This document shows positions 12,926 to 27,570 of a stretch of 64,000 bases of DNA, piece by piece (within the stretch, counting starts at the first letter, position 1; every line of letters starts with the position of its first letter). The stretch spans positions 48,794,001-48,858,000 of the forward strand of contig OX597823.1 in the NCBI GenBank assembly GCA_951406725.2, in the 5' to 3' direction. A program made the position numbers and the translations under genes. Under the pieces are notes generated by a model, which made no database searches, was not told the DNA's origin, and was given only the letters and a program-made list of their open reading frames with translations. This DNA comes from Octopus vulgaris. Taxonomy: Eukaryota.

Positions 12926-13664
12926 GTAATCAAACATTTTGCCTGGCATGCTAACAATTCTGCCAACTTACTGCATTACAGCCAGCCACCTTATGTTCCA
13001 TCCCTACACATGTATGTTTGACATTTCTGCGTTGGGCTGTCAGGAATAAAAAAAATTGAAAATTACCCCAGTTATTTCACATATGCTGTACAACTTCTTC
13101 TTGAAGACTTAGTTAATCTGTGCTGTTATTGAGTAAGAGTAAGAGTGAACCCATGCTAAACAGACAATTACTATCACCCATGACTTCTTTTGAACAAGAG
13201 GGTTTGCAATTATTAAAATGGTTCCATTATTAGACATCTAATAAGTATATTTCATGTTGGCATGTGTTGGATGGTTTGATAAATGCTGGCAAGCCAGAGG
13301 ACTGTATTAAGGTCTATTGTCTATTTTGGCATGGTTTCTACAGCTGGATGCCCTTTCTAATGCCAACCACTTTACAGAGTTCATGGGGTATTTTTTGCAT
13401 AGCACCAACACCAATGAGGTCACCAAACAACTTGCAAGACAAACTCCCCTTAACTGGAGGGGAGTAGTACTGAGGGAAGTGGCTTTGTGCCAATTGATGG
13501 AAGACTAAAAAGTAATAGAGGGAAAGAGATAGGTGTCTTGCTGTAAAAGAGATACAAAAATATATACAGGTATATCTTCATCATTTTGATGTTGATCTTC
13601 CATGTTTGCATGGGTCAGACAACACATTTGTTGGGTAAAAGTAATTCCCATAATTTATCCTTTC

Positions 13665-13884
13665 TTTTAGTCTTTTACTTGTTTCAGTCATTTGACTGGG
13701 GCCATGCTGGAGCACCACTTTTAGTCAAAGAAATTTGTAAGCCTAGTACTTATTCTATCGGTCTCTTCTGCTGAACTGCTACTTTACGGGGATGTAAACA
13801 CATCAACATCGGTTGTCAAGCAATGGGTGTGGGGATAAACACAGACACAAGGACACATACATAAATACATAGACACACACACAC

Positions 13885-13915
<31 letters not shown>

Positions 13916-14100
13916 TGATGAGCTTCTTTCAGTTTCTGTTCACTAAATCCACTCACAAGGCTTTGGTCAGCCTGGTGCTATAGTAGAAGACACTTGCCCA
14001 AGGTGCCATGCATTGGGACTGAACCCGGAACCATGTGGTTGTGAAGCAAGCTTCTTATTACACAGCTTCTACCTTCCTCCTACTCCTCCTACTGCGCCTA
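13665..14100 (-). mobile_element. SINE family A, full length
   Basis: Reverse complement of the family A sequence. Confidence 0.85.
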
Positions 14101-14218
14101 TAATTATATGAGAAAGAAATATTCTGTTTTTTTCTATAGCTGTTTGTTGTAAATAAGAAATTAATGTTTTTAGCCCTTTTGTGTTCCTATTACTCTATCA
14201 AATGTAGTGCTCATTCAT

Positions 14219-14839
14219 TTACAAGGAAGGAAGTTATGTTTTCATTGGTATTGGTTTGTCTGTCCGTCTGTGTACAAAATAACTCAAAAAGTTGTGAATA
14301 GTATTTAATGAAACTTAAAGAAAATGTTGGTAACAACACAAGAAACAGACGGTGAAATTTTGGTAGTGATCTGAGAATTTTATGGATTCTTGAAGGATTT
14401 TACATTTGTTATATTTACTTTACATGAAGTATTACAATGTTACGTTCTTTGATTATCTCCCTTGAAAAAACGTTCATCGTTTCCACGTAACCTATGGTGG
14501 CGTTGCTGTTTCCAAAATTTATTTTCGTTTCTTTAGTAATGTTACTCACGTATCTATCTTAACACTCAAGTCTTAAGTAATTGTTATTTCTTTTTAGTTG
14601 TATGGTGAAACTAGCTTGCTGTTGTCATTGATGTATTATAACTGCTTCAGATGATTCCTGTTTTTAAGGGATTCTTTAAAAAAATCATATGGCCTTGTTA
14701 TTTCTTTTTAACCCCACCAAGCAGGTTATGTTTTTGCTGGCGTTGGTTTGGGAAATTGGGCGATTTTCAGCATGTGTTTATATGGGTTGAAATGGGCTGC
14801 TTGGCAGACGTCTGTGCTCTCTGAGTGCTTTTCTAGTTT
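14219..14839 (+). mobile_element. Non-autonomous Helentron/HINE-like element inserted in a piggyBac MITE (~14170-14997)
   Basis: 5' caagga..gttatgttttc..gtctgtccgtctgt and 3' ttggcagacgtctgtgctctctgagtgcttttctagttt with a small hairpin. A second 5'-like end is at ~14708. MITE halves lie on both sides. Confidence 0.65.
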
Positions 14840-15008
14840 TGAATAAATTATGCATTATCTTGTAGCTTTGAGATTTTTATGATGTGATTCTTAGATTGAC
14901 ATTGTAGGGTAGGTGTGACATGCCACATCTGGATAGTTTGGACATAAAACAGATAGAATATTAGGGTTGGATATACCACTTTAAATGCTAAAGAATTAAA
15001 TTCTAAAT

Positions 15009-15262
15009 CAGAGGTGCTCAACTATTTTTTGCCTACAGATCCCTTTGACTCTTGTTTTATTCTTCTGGACCCACATAGCCATTTGTGGTATATAAAAATA
15101 ATTTTACTGTATTTTTGTAATTAAACAATAGTAGGAATTGTATAAAAAATTTTAATATTTTGTGTATTATAGAAGTATAACCAATTTATTGCACATAGAT
15201 ATTAGCATCAAAATTTTGTGTGGGCCCCTAAGGGCTGTATGCACCCCAGTTGAGAACCACTG
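15009..15262. mobile_element. hAT (Charlie-like) MITE
   Basis: TIRs cagaggtgctcaac / gttgagaaccactg. 8-bp TSD ttctaaat / ctctaaat. Confidence 0.85.
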
Positions 15263-15775
15263 CTCTAAATAATCCTATGAAAGTCAATGTTTGGTTCCAG
15301 TTTCCAAACCTTGAATTGGATAAGCGATAAATCCCTTGCAGATTAGACATTAATCTATTTCAGGTAAATATTGTTTTAGTATTTTATCTATTTCAGTTGG
15401 CAAAGTGAACCATAATATGTTGAATAATAGGTTCTGCTCTGTAAATTAACAAGTTCTAACAGTAGACTTGAACTTCCTACTTTACAGATTTGCTACAAGT
15501 AAAATTGTTTTTCATATCAATGTAGCTAACAAAATAGAACACATATTTGGGGCTTTAAACTACTTAGCCCTGAGATTTTCTATATTTAGTTTAGATTGTA
15601 TAGCATGTCATATTTTCTATAATTTACAAAACTGATCTCTTATTTTTACAAAACAAATCATTAGAAATTTTCATGCTACCATTACCTAGTTTAAAAGAAA
15701 TACATTTATATTTGTTTTGGCACCATGCTACAGGATTTGAGCTTCTAAAAATAACTTTTGTGCATAGAATTCACT

Positions 15776-15824
<49 letters not shown>

Positions 15825-15985
15825 ATAATAATTATTTGAGGGAATATTAATTCTTGCTTACAGGCAAAAAAATTCAATTTAGAAATACTAAATCAAATTT
15901 CACACAATATAATATATATATATAAAAATGGTGTTATTTAATTGTTCATTTTGAATTGATAAAAGGTGTTTTTTTTCTAATTTTT

Positions 15986-16026
<41 letters not shown>

Positions 16027-16032
16027 TATATG

Positions 16033-16075
<43 letters not shown>

Positions 16076-18234
16076 ATACACACACACATAATATATATAT
16101 ACATATGTATGTATGTATGTATGGATGGATGGATATATTTACAATAATGGAAATCAGTGTTTAGTCAGGGGGAAAGTGGGAGAGAGTCGAGTTCATAAGT
16201 GAATTAGATAAAATGTCTTGCAATTTGTTCTGGCTATTTATGTTCCAAATCCTGCTAAGGTCAGCTTTGACTTTAATTTTTCAAGGTTCAATAGAATACT
16301 GAGATATAATCAACTATTTCATTACCACAAATGTCAAGTCTTTTGCCTAAGTGAGAAATTATTATTTTCTCAGAGCAGTGACAGCCAACAGCTTGGTTGA
16401 ATTTATGTGATTGATCAGTCAATCCCGTAATACAAGGTGCCAGGCACACAGTATCAGAGTATTTATCTACAAAGGTAAATGTTATGCACTAAAGAGAGAA
16501 GACATTAGACATATCAAACTGTAAAAAGTTATTGAAAAATTAATTAGGAACATGAAATGCATTTCAAGTACATTGTAGAAAGCAGCACAGATGCCATATT
16601 CCTGAGGTGACAACAAAAGAAATATTTATCCCTTTCCAAGACATCATTGTAAGGCTCTGAAGGAATGTTCAACTGTAAATTTCTTATTTTTCACAACTAT
16701 TGGTATAAATAGTTATAACTAAGTTTTTATAAATGTACATTGAAAACGTTTACTAGTCACTTTTCTTTATTTTTTTAAAACTGAATCCTAAAATAATATG
16801 AAGCATATAATGCAGAACATTCTGGGAATAACAATATTAGAAGAAAATTTCATCTCTTGGGAAATAAACAAAAACTTTACCAAAATATTTTGTTTCATGT
16901 TGAAACTTTTTTAAAACTACAAATTTATAATCAATATTTAGTTTATAGACTAGTCTTGTTGATACTAAAGAAAAGCAGACATTCAATGAATAATGATGAT
17001 AATGATGATGATGAGGCTGAAGATGATGTTGGTGATGATGGCAATGGTTCCCATCTCCTATATTAACGATGTCATCATCATCCTCATTACCACCACCATG
17101 ACCTCGTTTATTTTTTTGTTCACTAAAAACGAATTTTTTTATTTAAGCTTTTTTTCATGTTTATCCAAACTTTTGATAAAATTTATTTTTCTTAATGAAT
17201 CCCCCAATGTGATGATCAAACTAATTAGTGTCCTCATTCAATATTTTTCATACTTTTCACCTTAATTATACTTTGGGGATTTAAAATTGTTTAATAGATC
17301 TTTTGCATTAAAAAAACCTCTCCAATTATACCCTTTTTATATTTACTGATGAAGTGTTTATGTATTTACAGTTAACCACAGAAAATGTTTTCCAGTCATT
17401 AATACATCATTCATTATATGCATTTTATTTCAACTAGTTAAGTAGTGTCACTAAAAGACAGATTGCAGGAAATGTCTAATTAAAAAAGTCACAATAAAAT
17501 TTAAATTATAATTAGTTGTTTGTGAAACAAATTCTTATACAGTTTTTATTCAATGGTTAAACAAAATAAAAAGAAAGTTTTGTAAAAATGTAATTTTACC
17601 AACAAAATTAAATGCCTAACTGTTAATGTTTTGTTTGAAGACTGTACACTGGTATCTAGGAAATGGAAAGTATCAAAATTCATCATAACAATGCTCTACT
17701 TTATAAAATTATTCTTTAGATGTTTGAAGAATTGTAAATTATTTTAGCTAATTTTTTAAAAAATTTCAAAAAGTATTTTACATAAACTAAATCAACTTAT
17801 GAGTAAAATCCTAATAATTGGACCAGAATTGAACCTGCTAACTACTATGTTTGATTTCTTTTAAAAAACAAGACAAAAAAAAAAGACAGGAAAATGAAAA
17901 GAAATCAAAGTTGCTAAATCTCATGCCACCAACAGAAATTGGCTAAGGATACAAAATCATGGAATTAAATGGTGCAGAATGGAGTTCTCAATGAAGCTCC
18001 ACCATTCACTGGATCAAGTTTTAATCTCTAACAATACTATAGTATTTATAGATTTTTTTTTTCTTATATTGCTTATCTTGAAGTTTCCCTACCAAAAAGT
18101 AATACATATAAAATAAAGGCATTGAGGAAATATTACCAAACGATTGTTGAATTAGTCTATAGTTTCAGTATTATTATTTTATATTTTTTATTTGTTTATA
18201 TATATACATATACATAATACATACATATATATAT

Positions 18235-18265
<31 letters not shown>

Positions 18266-18269
18266 TATA

Positions 18270-18301
<32 letters not shown>

Positions 18302-19415
18302 AGATATTTATACATTTATTTTATTTTATGTTTATAGCAGCAATCACCTCTTGCTATGATAACCTAATTCCAGGTCAAGATCTATGCTCTTTAAACTCTG
18401 AGAATGAAACATTATAGAATAAAAAAGGATATAAATATCTGTGTGTGTGTGTGTGATGTAGGCTGCAACAAAATTCTGCATTTAGAAATTCCTTCTGATA
18501 ATCTTATCGTTTCAAATCACCTATTAGATTTTTCCATTATAAGGCATTTTTATGCCTATTTACCATATTGATGCCAAGAAAATAGAGAGGTGCATAAACT
18601 TGTTTCTTTCATATTTTTTTCACCCAAACACACTAAAGTTATTTTATTGTTATCTTTTATTACTGTTTCTATGGTATGAATCACCTGGGGGGTTTTAGAT
18701 GAATATAAATATGAAATAGCTGCCAAATTATATGAAATAAAAAAATGCTACATACTGAATCAGCTTTTTGGGAAAATATTCTGGAGCATAACTTTTCAGC
18801 AATGTATCATTCAATTCACATTAAATAACAGAAATAAAACAGCTCAGAGCATATGTTCAGGTTTTAAGCTGTCTATATCTCTAAATTATTTCTTACTCTT
18901 TTTAGATATTTCTATTGGAAACGTTTTTTTTTTCCTTTCAGAAAAAAATGTATAGACTCTACTCAGAATATTCTTAAAAATTATCAAGTATTTGTTAAAT
19001 CAAGCTTACTACAGATCTTTAGGCTATCAATACCTTTCATTACAGACATGTTAGAACTTAAATAGTGAGATAAACGCTATTGAAGCTAAAAACTGATTCA
19101 GAGTGAAGTGTTCTTTATTTCATATAATTTGGCTGCTGTTTAAACAAATATTTGTTGTTGATGAAAAACACAATAGGTAATGATTGCACCACTGAAATGA
19201 TCAATGTTGATTTAAATTGCATGATATTTTCATGAATAGAATCTTAACTGGTTTTTTCAGTCATCATGTAAATTGAAAATTCTTTTTATTTATCATTCAT
19301 TCTCTTTGACCAGTTAGATTTTTTTTTCTTGCATAGTTGCTCATACTGGCAAAAAAATCAGATTTTTTTAAATGGTATGTATAGGAAATTCTAACATTCA
19401 TGTTTAACCAAAGAG

Positions 19416-19688
<273 letters not shown>

Positions 19689-20356
19689 ACATCCCCTCAC
19701 TTCACATTATGGAAAATTCAGTTGTGGAATTCTATACTTAAGGAAATTGTAAGGCACAACTACTAATCTTGGTATATAAACTGTCATTTTGCCCTTATAG
19801 ATACCTGGGAAAACTTTAATTTTACAAGCTGAAATCATGATACATATATATATATGAATAGAAGTATTCTTTGCTATAGAAATAATATATATTTGGTGTG
19901 ATCTTTCAGTAAGCTAGCCATTCCTCTTGTCATTTCTCTGCCTCCATATTCTGTGAACATTTATGTAATGAAGAAGAATTAATAATTACAGCTGAAATCT
20001 CCCAAATGCTCAGTGAAAATATGAAGGGAATGAAGAGGGGGGAAAAAATCATAGAAAAAGAAGACTCAACATAAAACTGGGAAGGAACAATTTCATTCAA
20101 ACCACAGGACATCCTCAAGAAAATAGTGAAGCAAATGAAAAGAACAAAGATGAACTAAGATTCAACATTCTTCAAAATTCAACTGAACAATTAATTTACA
20201 AAATTAAAGCATTTTTGGTGCTATAAGGTTCTTTGAATAAATTAAAATGACACAAATACAGTTTGTTCAGAATAGCTGGTACTCCATTAGTTATGATGAT
20301 GAGTGTTCCAGTTGATCCAAAGAACTGAATAGCTTGCTTGTACAGACACATGTACT

Positions 20357-20590
20357 TATTTCTTTATTACCCACAAGGGGCTAAACATAGAGGGGACAAA
20401 CAAGGACAGACATAGGTATTAAGTTGATTACATCGACCCCAGTGCGTAACTGGTACTTAATTTATCGACCCCGAAAGGATCAAAGGTAAAGTCGACCTCG
20501 GCGGAATTTGAAATCACAACGTAACAACAGACGAAATATAGTTACGCATTTCGCCCGGCGTGCTAACATTTCTGCCAGCTCGCTGCCTTT
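20357..20590 (-). mobile_element. SINE family B with 15-bp TSD, nested in an older SINE (~20270-20830)
   Basis: tacagacacatgtac at 20341-20355 and 20593-20607. Confidence 0.85.
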
Positions 20591-21075
20591 CTTACAGACA
20601 CATGTACCCTTAATGTAGATCTCAGGGAGATTCATCATGATACACTAAATGTGACAAGGCTGGCTCATTGAAAATTTCAGGCACAACTGATTTTTTGCCA
20701 GCTGAGTGGACTGGAGCAATGTGAAATAAAGTGTCTTGCTGAAGGATACAATGTGCCACTAGGAATCGAACTCTCAATATTACAATGGTGAGCTGAATAC
20801 CTTAACCATGATGCCATGTGCCTTAGCAATATTCAGAACATTCAGAATAGGAGAGCGTACAACAGATGAATTATTCTTTAATTCTCTTTTTTCATTCATT
20901 TTGACTGCGGCCATGCAGGAGCACTGCCCTAAAGGGTTTTTAGCTGAAGAAATCAGCCCCAGGACTTATTCTTTGTAAGCCTAATACTTATTCTATTGGT
21001 CTCCTTTGTGGAACCGCTAAGTTACGGGGACATAAACATACCAGTATTGGTTGTCAAGTGATGGCAGGGGAACAA

Positions 21076-21123
<48 letters not shown>

Positions 21124-21566
21124 GACAGGGTTCTTCCAGTTTCTGTCTACCAAATCTGTTGGAGCGATTGCAGAGAAATGTGTTTTGCTCAAGAATATAA
21201 CACACCACCTGGTCTGGGAATTGAAATCATTGTTGCTAGATCATGAGGGCAACACCCTAACCACTAAACCATATGCCCTAATAATAACAACAATCTTTTC
21301 CACCAAAGGCACAAGGTCCAAAATTTTGGGGGCAGGGGCTAGTCAATTGCATCAATCCCAGTACACAAATGGTGCTTATTTCACTGATCCCGAAAGGATG
21401 AAAGACAAAGTTGACCTCAGCAGAATTTTGAACTCAGAACTCAAAGATAGGTGAAATACTGCCAAGTATTTTGTCAGGCATGCTAATGATTCTGCCCGCT
21501 TGCCACCTTGCTAATAATGATATATTTAATAATGATGATAATAATAATAATAATAATAATAATAAT

Positions 21567-22522
21567 CAACCACATAATCTCTTGATGCAGCAGACTGGCC
21601 CCTACAGAATTCTTGCAAAGGTATGACAGGGCAGTTCAGTATATACAGTGATCAATATACTTCTCATACAACTTCGTTCAATAAAACAATTGGTGAAAAC
21701 ACAAACCACCCCAAGTTACCAGAATGCTGAGGTTATCATCCTTTGAAACTAATTGAGAAATACAAGTAAACCAACTTGATCTCAATGTGAAAAATCCTAT
21801 AGGAAAGACTTATCTTCTGATGGATGTTCATAATGTCAATCAATTTAAAGAGTGTACTGGATGCTTTAATGCAGCACTGGTACAGATGATTTTTCTCATG
21901 AGCCCACAAGATTAGGGATGTTCAGCTGGAGAGGTTTACAGGGGATGAGACTGTATGCAAGGGCAACCATGCTTTTACTTAGCTTGACGTGTCTTTTCAT
22001 GCACAGCAAACTGCCATAAATTCCTTTCCATGTAAAATGCAAAGGAATTCACTCTGTGCTTTTTCCTCTCCCACGACATCAGTCTCTGAAAATGTTTGCA
22101 AAACTGAACAAGTATAAAGACCTGGAAATTGAACTCAGAAAAATGTGGCATCTCAAAACAACAACATTACTCTTTATTATTGGGGCACTTGGAAGGCGGC
22201 GAGCTGGCAGAATCGTTAGCATGCCGGGCAAAATGCTTACTGACATTTCGTCTGTCCTTACGTTCTGAGTTCAAATCCTGCTGAGGTCGACTTTGCCTTT
22301 CATCCTTTCGGGGTCAGTAAGTTAAGTAGCAGTGAAACACTGGGGTCGATGGAATCAACTAGTCCCCTCCCCAAAATTTCTGGTCTTGTACCTTCAGTAG
22401 AAAGGATTGTTATTGGGACACTTGGAATGTATGAAGGAGCAAACAAGCATGCAGACAAAATCCCTGGCAGCCCCCAAATAAGTGAATTATGAAAAATCAT
22501 ACTTGTGGGTACCTCACATCCT
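21567..22522 (+). pseudogene. R4/Dong-like non-LTR retrotransposon 3' relic (REL endonuclease), interrupted twice
   Basis: LKMFAKLNKYKDLEIELRKMWHLKTTT..IIGALG, then KIPGSPQISEL.KIILVGTSHIL. It starts right after an (AAT)n tract. Interrupted by an RTE-UTR copy (~21830-22070) and by SINE B (22194-22409, ~18-bp TSD ttattggg(g/a)cacttggaa). Confidence 0.75.
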
Positions 22523-24208
22523 CTTCTTCCTCATCATCATCATTTAACATCTGTTTTCCATGTTGACATGGGTTGAATAGTTTGACAGGAGCTGACCAGC
22601 TGAACGGCGATTCAGGCTCCATGTCTATTTTGGCATGGTTTCATGGTTGGATGTCCTTCATAATGCCAACCACTTTACAGAGTGTACTCGGTGCATTTAT
22701 GCAGCCCTGACACAAGTGCTTTTCTCATGAGCCCACAAGATTAGGGATGCTCAGCTGGAGAGGTTTACAGGGGATGAGACTGTATGCAAGGGCAATTATG
22801 CTTTTACTTAGCTTGACGTGTCTTTTCATGCACAGCAAACTGCCATAAATTCCTTTCCATGTAAATGCAACCTTATTCCCTCTGTGCTTTTTCCTCAGTG
22901 TTTTCATTTGTATGATGCCTCACCTGTTAACATCAGACAGACAGAACTACTGGTCTCAGTATTTGCAGAGAAAGATGAAAAGCGAGTTGCGTGTGGCAGA
23001 ATTTGAATTCTGAAAACAAATACCACAAGGCATTACATCCAAGGTGCTAACAACTCCGTTATTTAATTTTATTAAAGAATAAGACTAATCATTATGAATT
23101 TGATGCAATAACCATTTTTGCAAATTAGTTACGTATTAGCTAATCCTTAATACAAATGTATGTAAAATATATAAATAGCACCTGTTTTGACTGCAGCAAG
23201 GAGCATAACATTTTTATTGTCTTCGCCAAATCACTCATTGTCTCTTTCTCTCTCTATCTTACACACACACACACACACAAACTCCAAATGATGTTTATTA
23301 ATTATGTCCATATGAATGAGAGATGAATGAGAATGGGATCTGTATCACAGTTAATTATAATTTAGCAGCAAATAATTAATTGTAGTATGTATTATTGTAG
23401 TTTTCCCAAATGATATTTGAATTCATATAATCATTTAAGATCTGTATTATAATATACAGTACACTAATCTTGAGCACCTACTATTTCAGATGGTATAGGG
23501 GAAAAGGGGACCAGAAATCTATAAAGTGTATTGAGCCTTATTCCCTGCCATTACTATACTTCTTTATTTCTGGTCAGGCTGGTGCACCACCTTCATATTG
23601 ACTTTCATACTTGTTTCAGTTGAATGCTTGTTTTATTAATCTCTATTTGTCAAATGTCTAAGTAAACTTTTAATGTAAATAGTTGCAACTCAGTGCATCA
23701 CTTTATGCTGGTGTTCAGACACACACACATATGCATGTACACACATGCATGCATACACACACATATGCATGCATGTACACATATGCATGCATGTACACAC
23801 ATGCAAACACATACACACAGTCATGCACACACACATACACACACATGAATGCACACACACACACACACACGCACACATTCAAATACACACATACACACAT
23901 GCATGCATATATGCATTTGCTTATTAAATTACAACTGAATCTGTAACTCCTCTTACACGTTTCACCATCTTTATTCCTTTCTTCTATAATTACATACTGA
24001 TTCTTTTCCAAATTTAGACTGAAATTTTTAATAAATTTCTTTAACTAAAATCATATTTCCTTCTTTCCTATTTTTGCTTATTCTTTCCCTGAATTCACAC
24101 TTATTTTAACTTAAATTTGATTTCCTATAACTATTCTCTTATTATTCAGTTTTATCCAGTCTTCCAGTAAAACTTCATGTTCAGAATTTCATTGGGAATA
24201 TGAGTTCA

Positions 24209-24432
24209 CATGTGGTGCCCAGTCTCATGTGGTGCCCAGTCTCATGAGGTACCCAGTCTCATGTGGTGCCCTGTCTCATGTGGTACCCAGTCTCATGTGG
24301 AGCCCAGTCTCATGTGGTGCCCAGTCTCATGTGGTGCCCAGTCTCATGTGGTTCCCAATCTCATGTGGTACCCAGTCTCATGTGGTACCCAGTCTCATGT
24401 GGTGCCCAGTCTCACGTGGTGCCCAGTCTCAT
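24209..24432. repeat. 17-bp minisatellite, ~13 copies
   Basis: Unit catgtggtgcccagtct with few substitutions and no spacers. Confidence 0.95.
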
Positions 24433-25669
24433 ACAAGTGCATGGCTTAGTTGTTAGGGTGTTGGGCTCATGATTGTAAGATAATAGTTTCCATTTCTGGA
24501 CCAGGCAATGCATTGGGTTCTTGAGCAAAACACTTCATACCATGTTGCTCCAGTCTACTCAGCTGGAAAAAATGAGTAATCTTGTGATGGACTGGCATCC
24601 TGTCCAGGTGGGGAATTTATTCACCATGAAACCAGGAAAGTTGCATTTTTGCGTTGGTATGCCTCGAGAAGGAGATCTTTAGTCTCATGCATACACACTT
24701 TGAGATAGTGTAATCTGTAGCAGCCAATCTTGCTTTCCTTTCAACAGTTCTTGTTTTAAGTCCTGTTGATTTCTAGCAACCCTCCTAGTGGGTGGAGGTG
24801 TTGCTAATGACTCCAAAAGTGAACTAATTAATTGTCAGAACTGGCTTCCCCACTCCCACTCTTGGTGAATACCATTGCAAGTACAAATGAGTAGTTCCGG
24901 TAAAGCTAAAGCAAAACTTTCCAGGCACAATTACATGCTCTCAGAACATTCGTTTTCAAATTTTGACACAAGGCTACCAATTTCAGGTGAAGAGATGAAT
25001 CAACTGTATTGGCCTCAGAGTTCAATTAGTATTTATTTTATTGACTCCAAAAGAATAAAAGGCAAAAGATGATCCTGGCAGTATTTGAATTCAGACAGAT
25101 CGGAAGCTGCTACGCAGCTTGTCTGGAATAGCAACTCTGCCAGCTTGCTGCCTTTATAGTCTCAGAATATCATCAGCTATCTCCACAGGTAATTTTCACT
25201 CTGTTATTACCTTAGAGCATAACGTAGAGGATAAAGGTGTTGGTTAATGCAGTGCTGTTACCTAGAGGTTCTCAGTTCAATCCCAAATGAGGCACTAAGG
25301 GGAATCACCAGATACCCAAAGAAGGTTAAAGCATGCAACAGTTGAAATATAGTGAAAGCAATAATTGAGATGAGGACATAAGTCTGGCTAATGTAAACAT
25401 AAGCCAAATTTAATGTTATTGATAAATGAAAGAAATTTGGTGGGGAGTGGTTTTTGCAACTTCGATAGTGAATAGTTTGGACTAAAAATGACAAATGCTG
25501 ATTTGTATGTTGTTAACCTTGTAAAGTTTTCCTGCTTAGTATCACTTTTACTTTTGAAAACTGGTAAAAGCCAGTTTGGCTCAAAAGGGATGTAAAAATC
25601 AGAATAACCCTTTTGAAGTCAACTCGTTCATGACCATCCTAGTTCTATGCTATAAGTTTCCTGCTTTAA

Positions 25670-25861
25670 CCCTTTAGTATTTAAATCAGTCATATCAGAC
25701 CCAGATATTGCACATGACTTATGTTCAAACTGGCCAGTCATTCTAAAAAATTAACAGTTGCCTCATCAAAATCTTATAGCTATGAGATAAGGCATGATTA
25801 ATTCAAGACAATGTGAATAAATAAGCATTACTTTTGACAGAATAATGTGAATGTTAAAGGG
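25670..25861. mobile_element. piggyBac-type MITE
   Basis: ttaa-ccctttagtatt ... aatgttaaaggg. Confidence 0.7.
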
Positions 25862-25924
25862 ATAAATTGACTTAAACTAAAACCTTACATCAAAGTTTCA
25901 TGCTAATTTACGTCCTAAACATCG

Positions 25925-26148
25925 AGCCGGCAGAAACGTTAGCACGCCGGGCGAAATGCGTAGCCGTATTTCGTCTGCCGTTACGTTCTGAGTTCAAATT
26001 CCGCCGAGGTCGACTTTGCCTTTCATCCTTTCGGGGTCGATTAAATAAGTACCAGTTACGCACTGGAGTCGATATAATCGACTTAATCCGTTTGTCTGTC
26101 CTTGTTTGTCCTCTCTGTGTTTAGCCCCTTGTGGGTAGTAAAGAAATA
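25925..26148 (+). mobile_element. Young SINE family B
   Basis: CpG-rich copy with gcctttcatcctttcggggtcgat..taagtaccag core. Confidence 0.85.
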
Positions 26149-26654
26149 AATAATAACAAAGTTATTTTACCATATTCTTCATTTTATTAAAATTAATTAA
26201 AACAAAGGCAGGCTGTTTCAAAACGGGTTAAAGCTATTTTAGAACAACTGCTTTGACTCCATCCTTTTAACACTTTTGCTACCATATTTCTGTTGAAACA
26301 CACATCTTTGTTCCAATTTATTCTAAAAATAGTGTAGAACTTAGTGAAATCACTTTGTCCTTATTAAACTGATATCTGGAATATAAATTAGCGTTACATT
26401 TTGGTTGAAAGTTTTCATTAACAGGAAGCTTATTTCATAGAATCAGGACGGTTTTGAGCAGGTTGGTTACAAAAGGGTTAACTGGACTTATTTGGCACTG
26501 AATTATTTTGGCATCAGATGTCTTGGACCTAAGACATTTTGGTGTCAAGGAAATTTTGTTTTTATTCTTCATAACATCTAACATCATGAGAAGCCTTGTT
26601 CATAATTAGTAAAGAGGAACTGAATATAGTTATATTTTGGACAAACCCACATAT

Positions 26655-27002
26655 CTTTTATCTTTTACTTGTTCTAGTTTTTAGACTGTGGCCATGCTGG
26701 AGCACCACCTTCAAGAACTCTTTTAATTGGACGTATAAACCCCACTAGCATAGCTAAAGTAGGGAAGAGGGTAGCACCACATTTAGGGCTGCTGTAGGCA
26801 AAATGTATCTTTTGATGGGGCCAGGAGGTGGCAAAGTGAAGTTATGCTAGTGATCAACCCCAGAACATTTTTTTAAAGGCTGGTACTTATCTTATTAGTC
26901 TCTTGCTGACCTGCTAAGTTACAGGGAAGTAAACACGCCAGCACTGGTTGTCAAACAGTGGCAGAAGACAAACACAGAAACAAATACAGACACACATACA
27001 AG

Positions 27003-27048
<46 letters not shown>

Positions 27049-27382
27049 AAGTATGGGAGTTTACTTCACAGGTGATCTAAATGATTAGGTATACTAGGTA
27101 AGTACTGTAACAGATTGCTAGTACTCCAAGGTTATAGCCGAGATGGTAGCTATAGAGCCATTGCAGATTTCTGATATAGTGGATATATAATTGTTAAAGA
27201 GGACAATAAACATTAAGGCAAGGCAAACATCTCAAGTTATATACAATTGGAAAAATTCAGTCTTACAGCTGTTTCTGGGATATCCCAGAAACAACTGTAA
27301 GACATTGAATTTTTTCCAATAATAATAATATATATGACTTGAGATATTTGCCTTGCTTTAACATTTGTTGTCCTCTTTAACA

Positions 27383-27413
<31 letters not shown>

Positions 27414-27570
27414 ACGATGGGTTTCTTTCAGTTTCCATCAACTAAATTCACTCACAAGGCATTGGTCGGTCCAAGGCTATAGTAGATGGCACTTGCCCAA
27501 AGTGCCACGCAGTGGGACTGAACCTGGAACCATGTGGTTTGGAAGCAATCTTCTTGCCACACAGCCACAA
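26655..27570 (-). mobile_element. SINE family A carrying nested insertions (hAT MITE 26743-26852; PLE palindrome ~27050-27392)
   Basis: SINE tail and head flank the inserts. MITE TSD is ataaaccc / atcaaccc. Confidence 0.75.
27183..27392. mobile_element. ~210-bp fold-back palindrome centred in hammerhead stem II
   Basis: Centre gtcttacagctgtttc-tgggat|atccca-gaaacaactgtaagac (axis 27281/27282). The arms are homologous to 1720-1830. Confidence 0.85.

Noticed and set aside
24209-24432. CRISPR-like array
   Set aside because: The units are contiguous with no unique spacers, there are no cas genes, and the context is eukaryotic.
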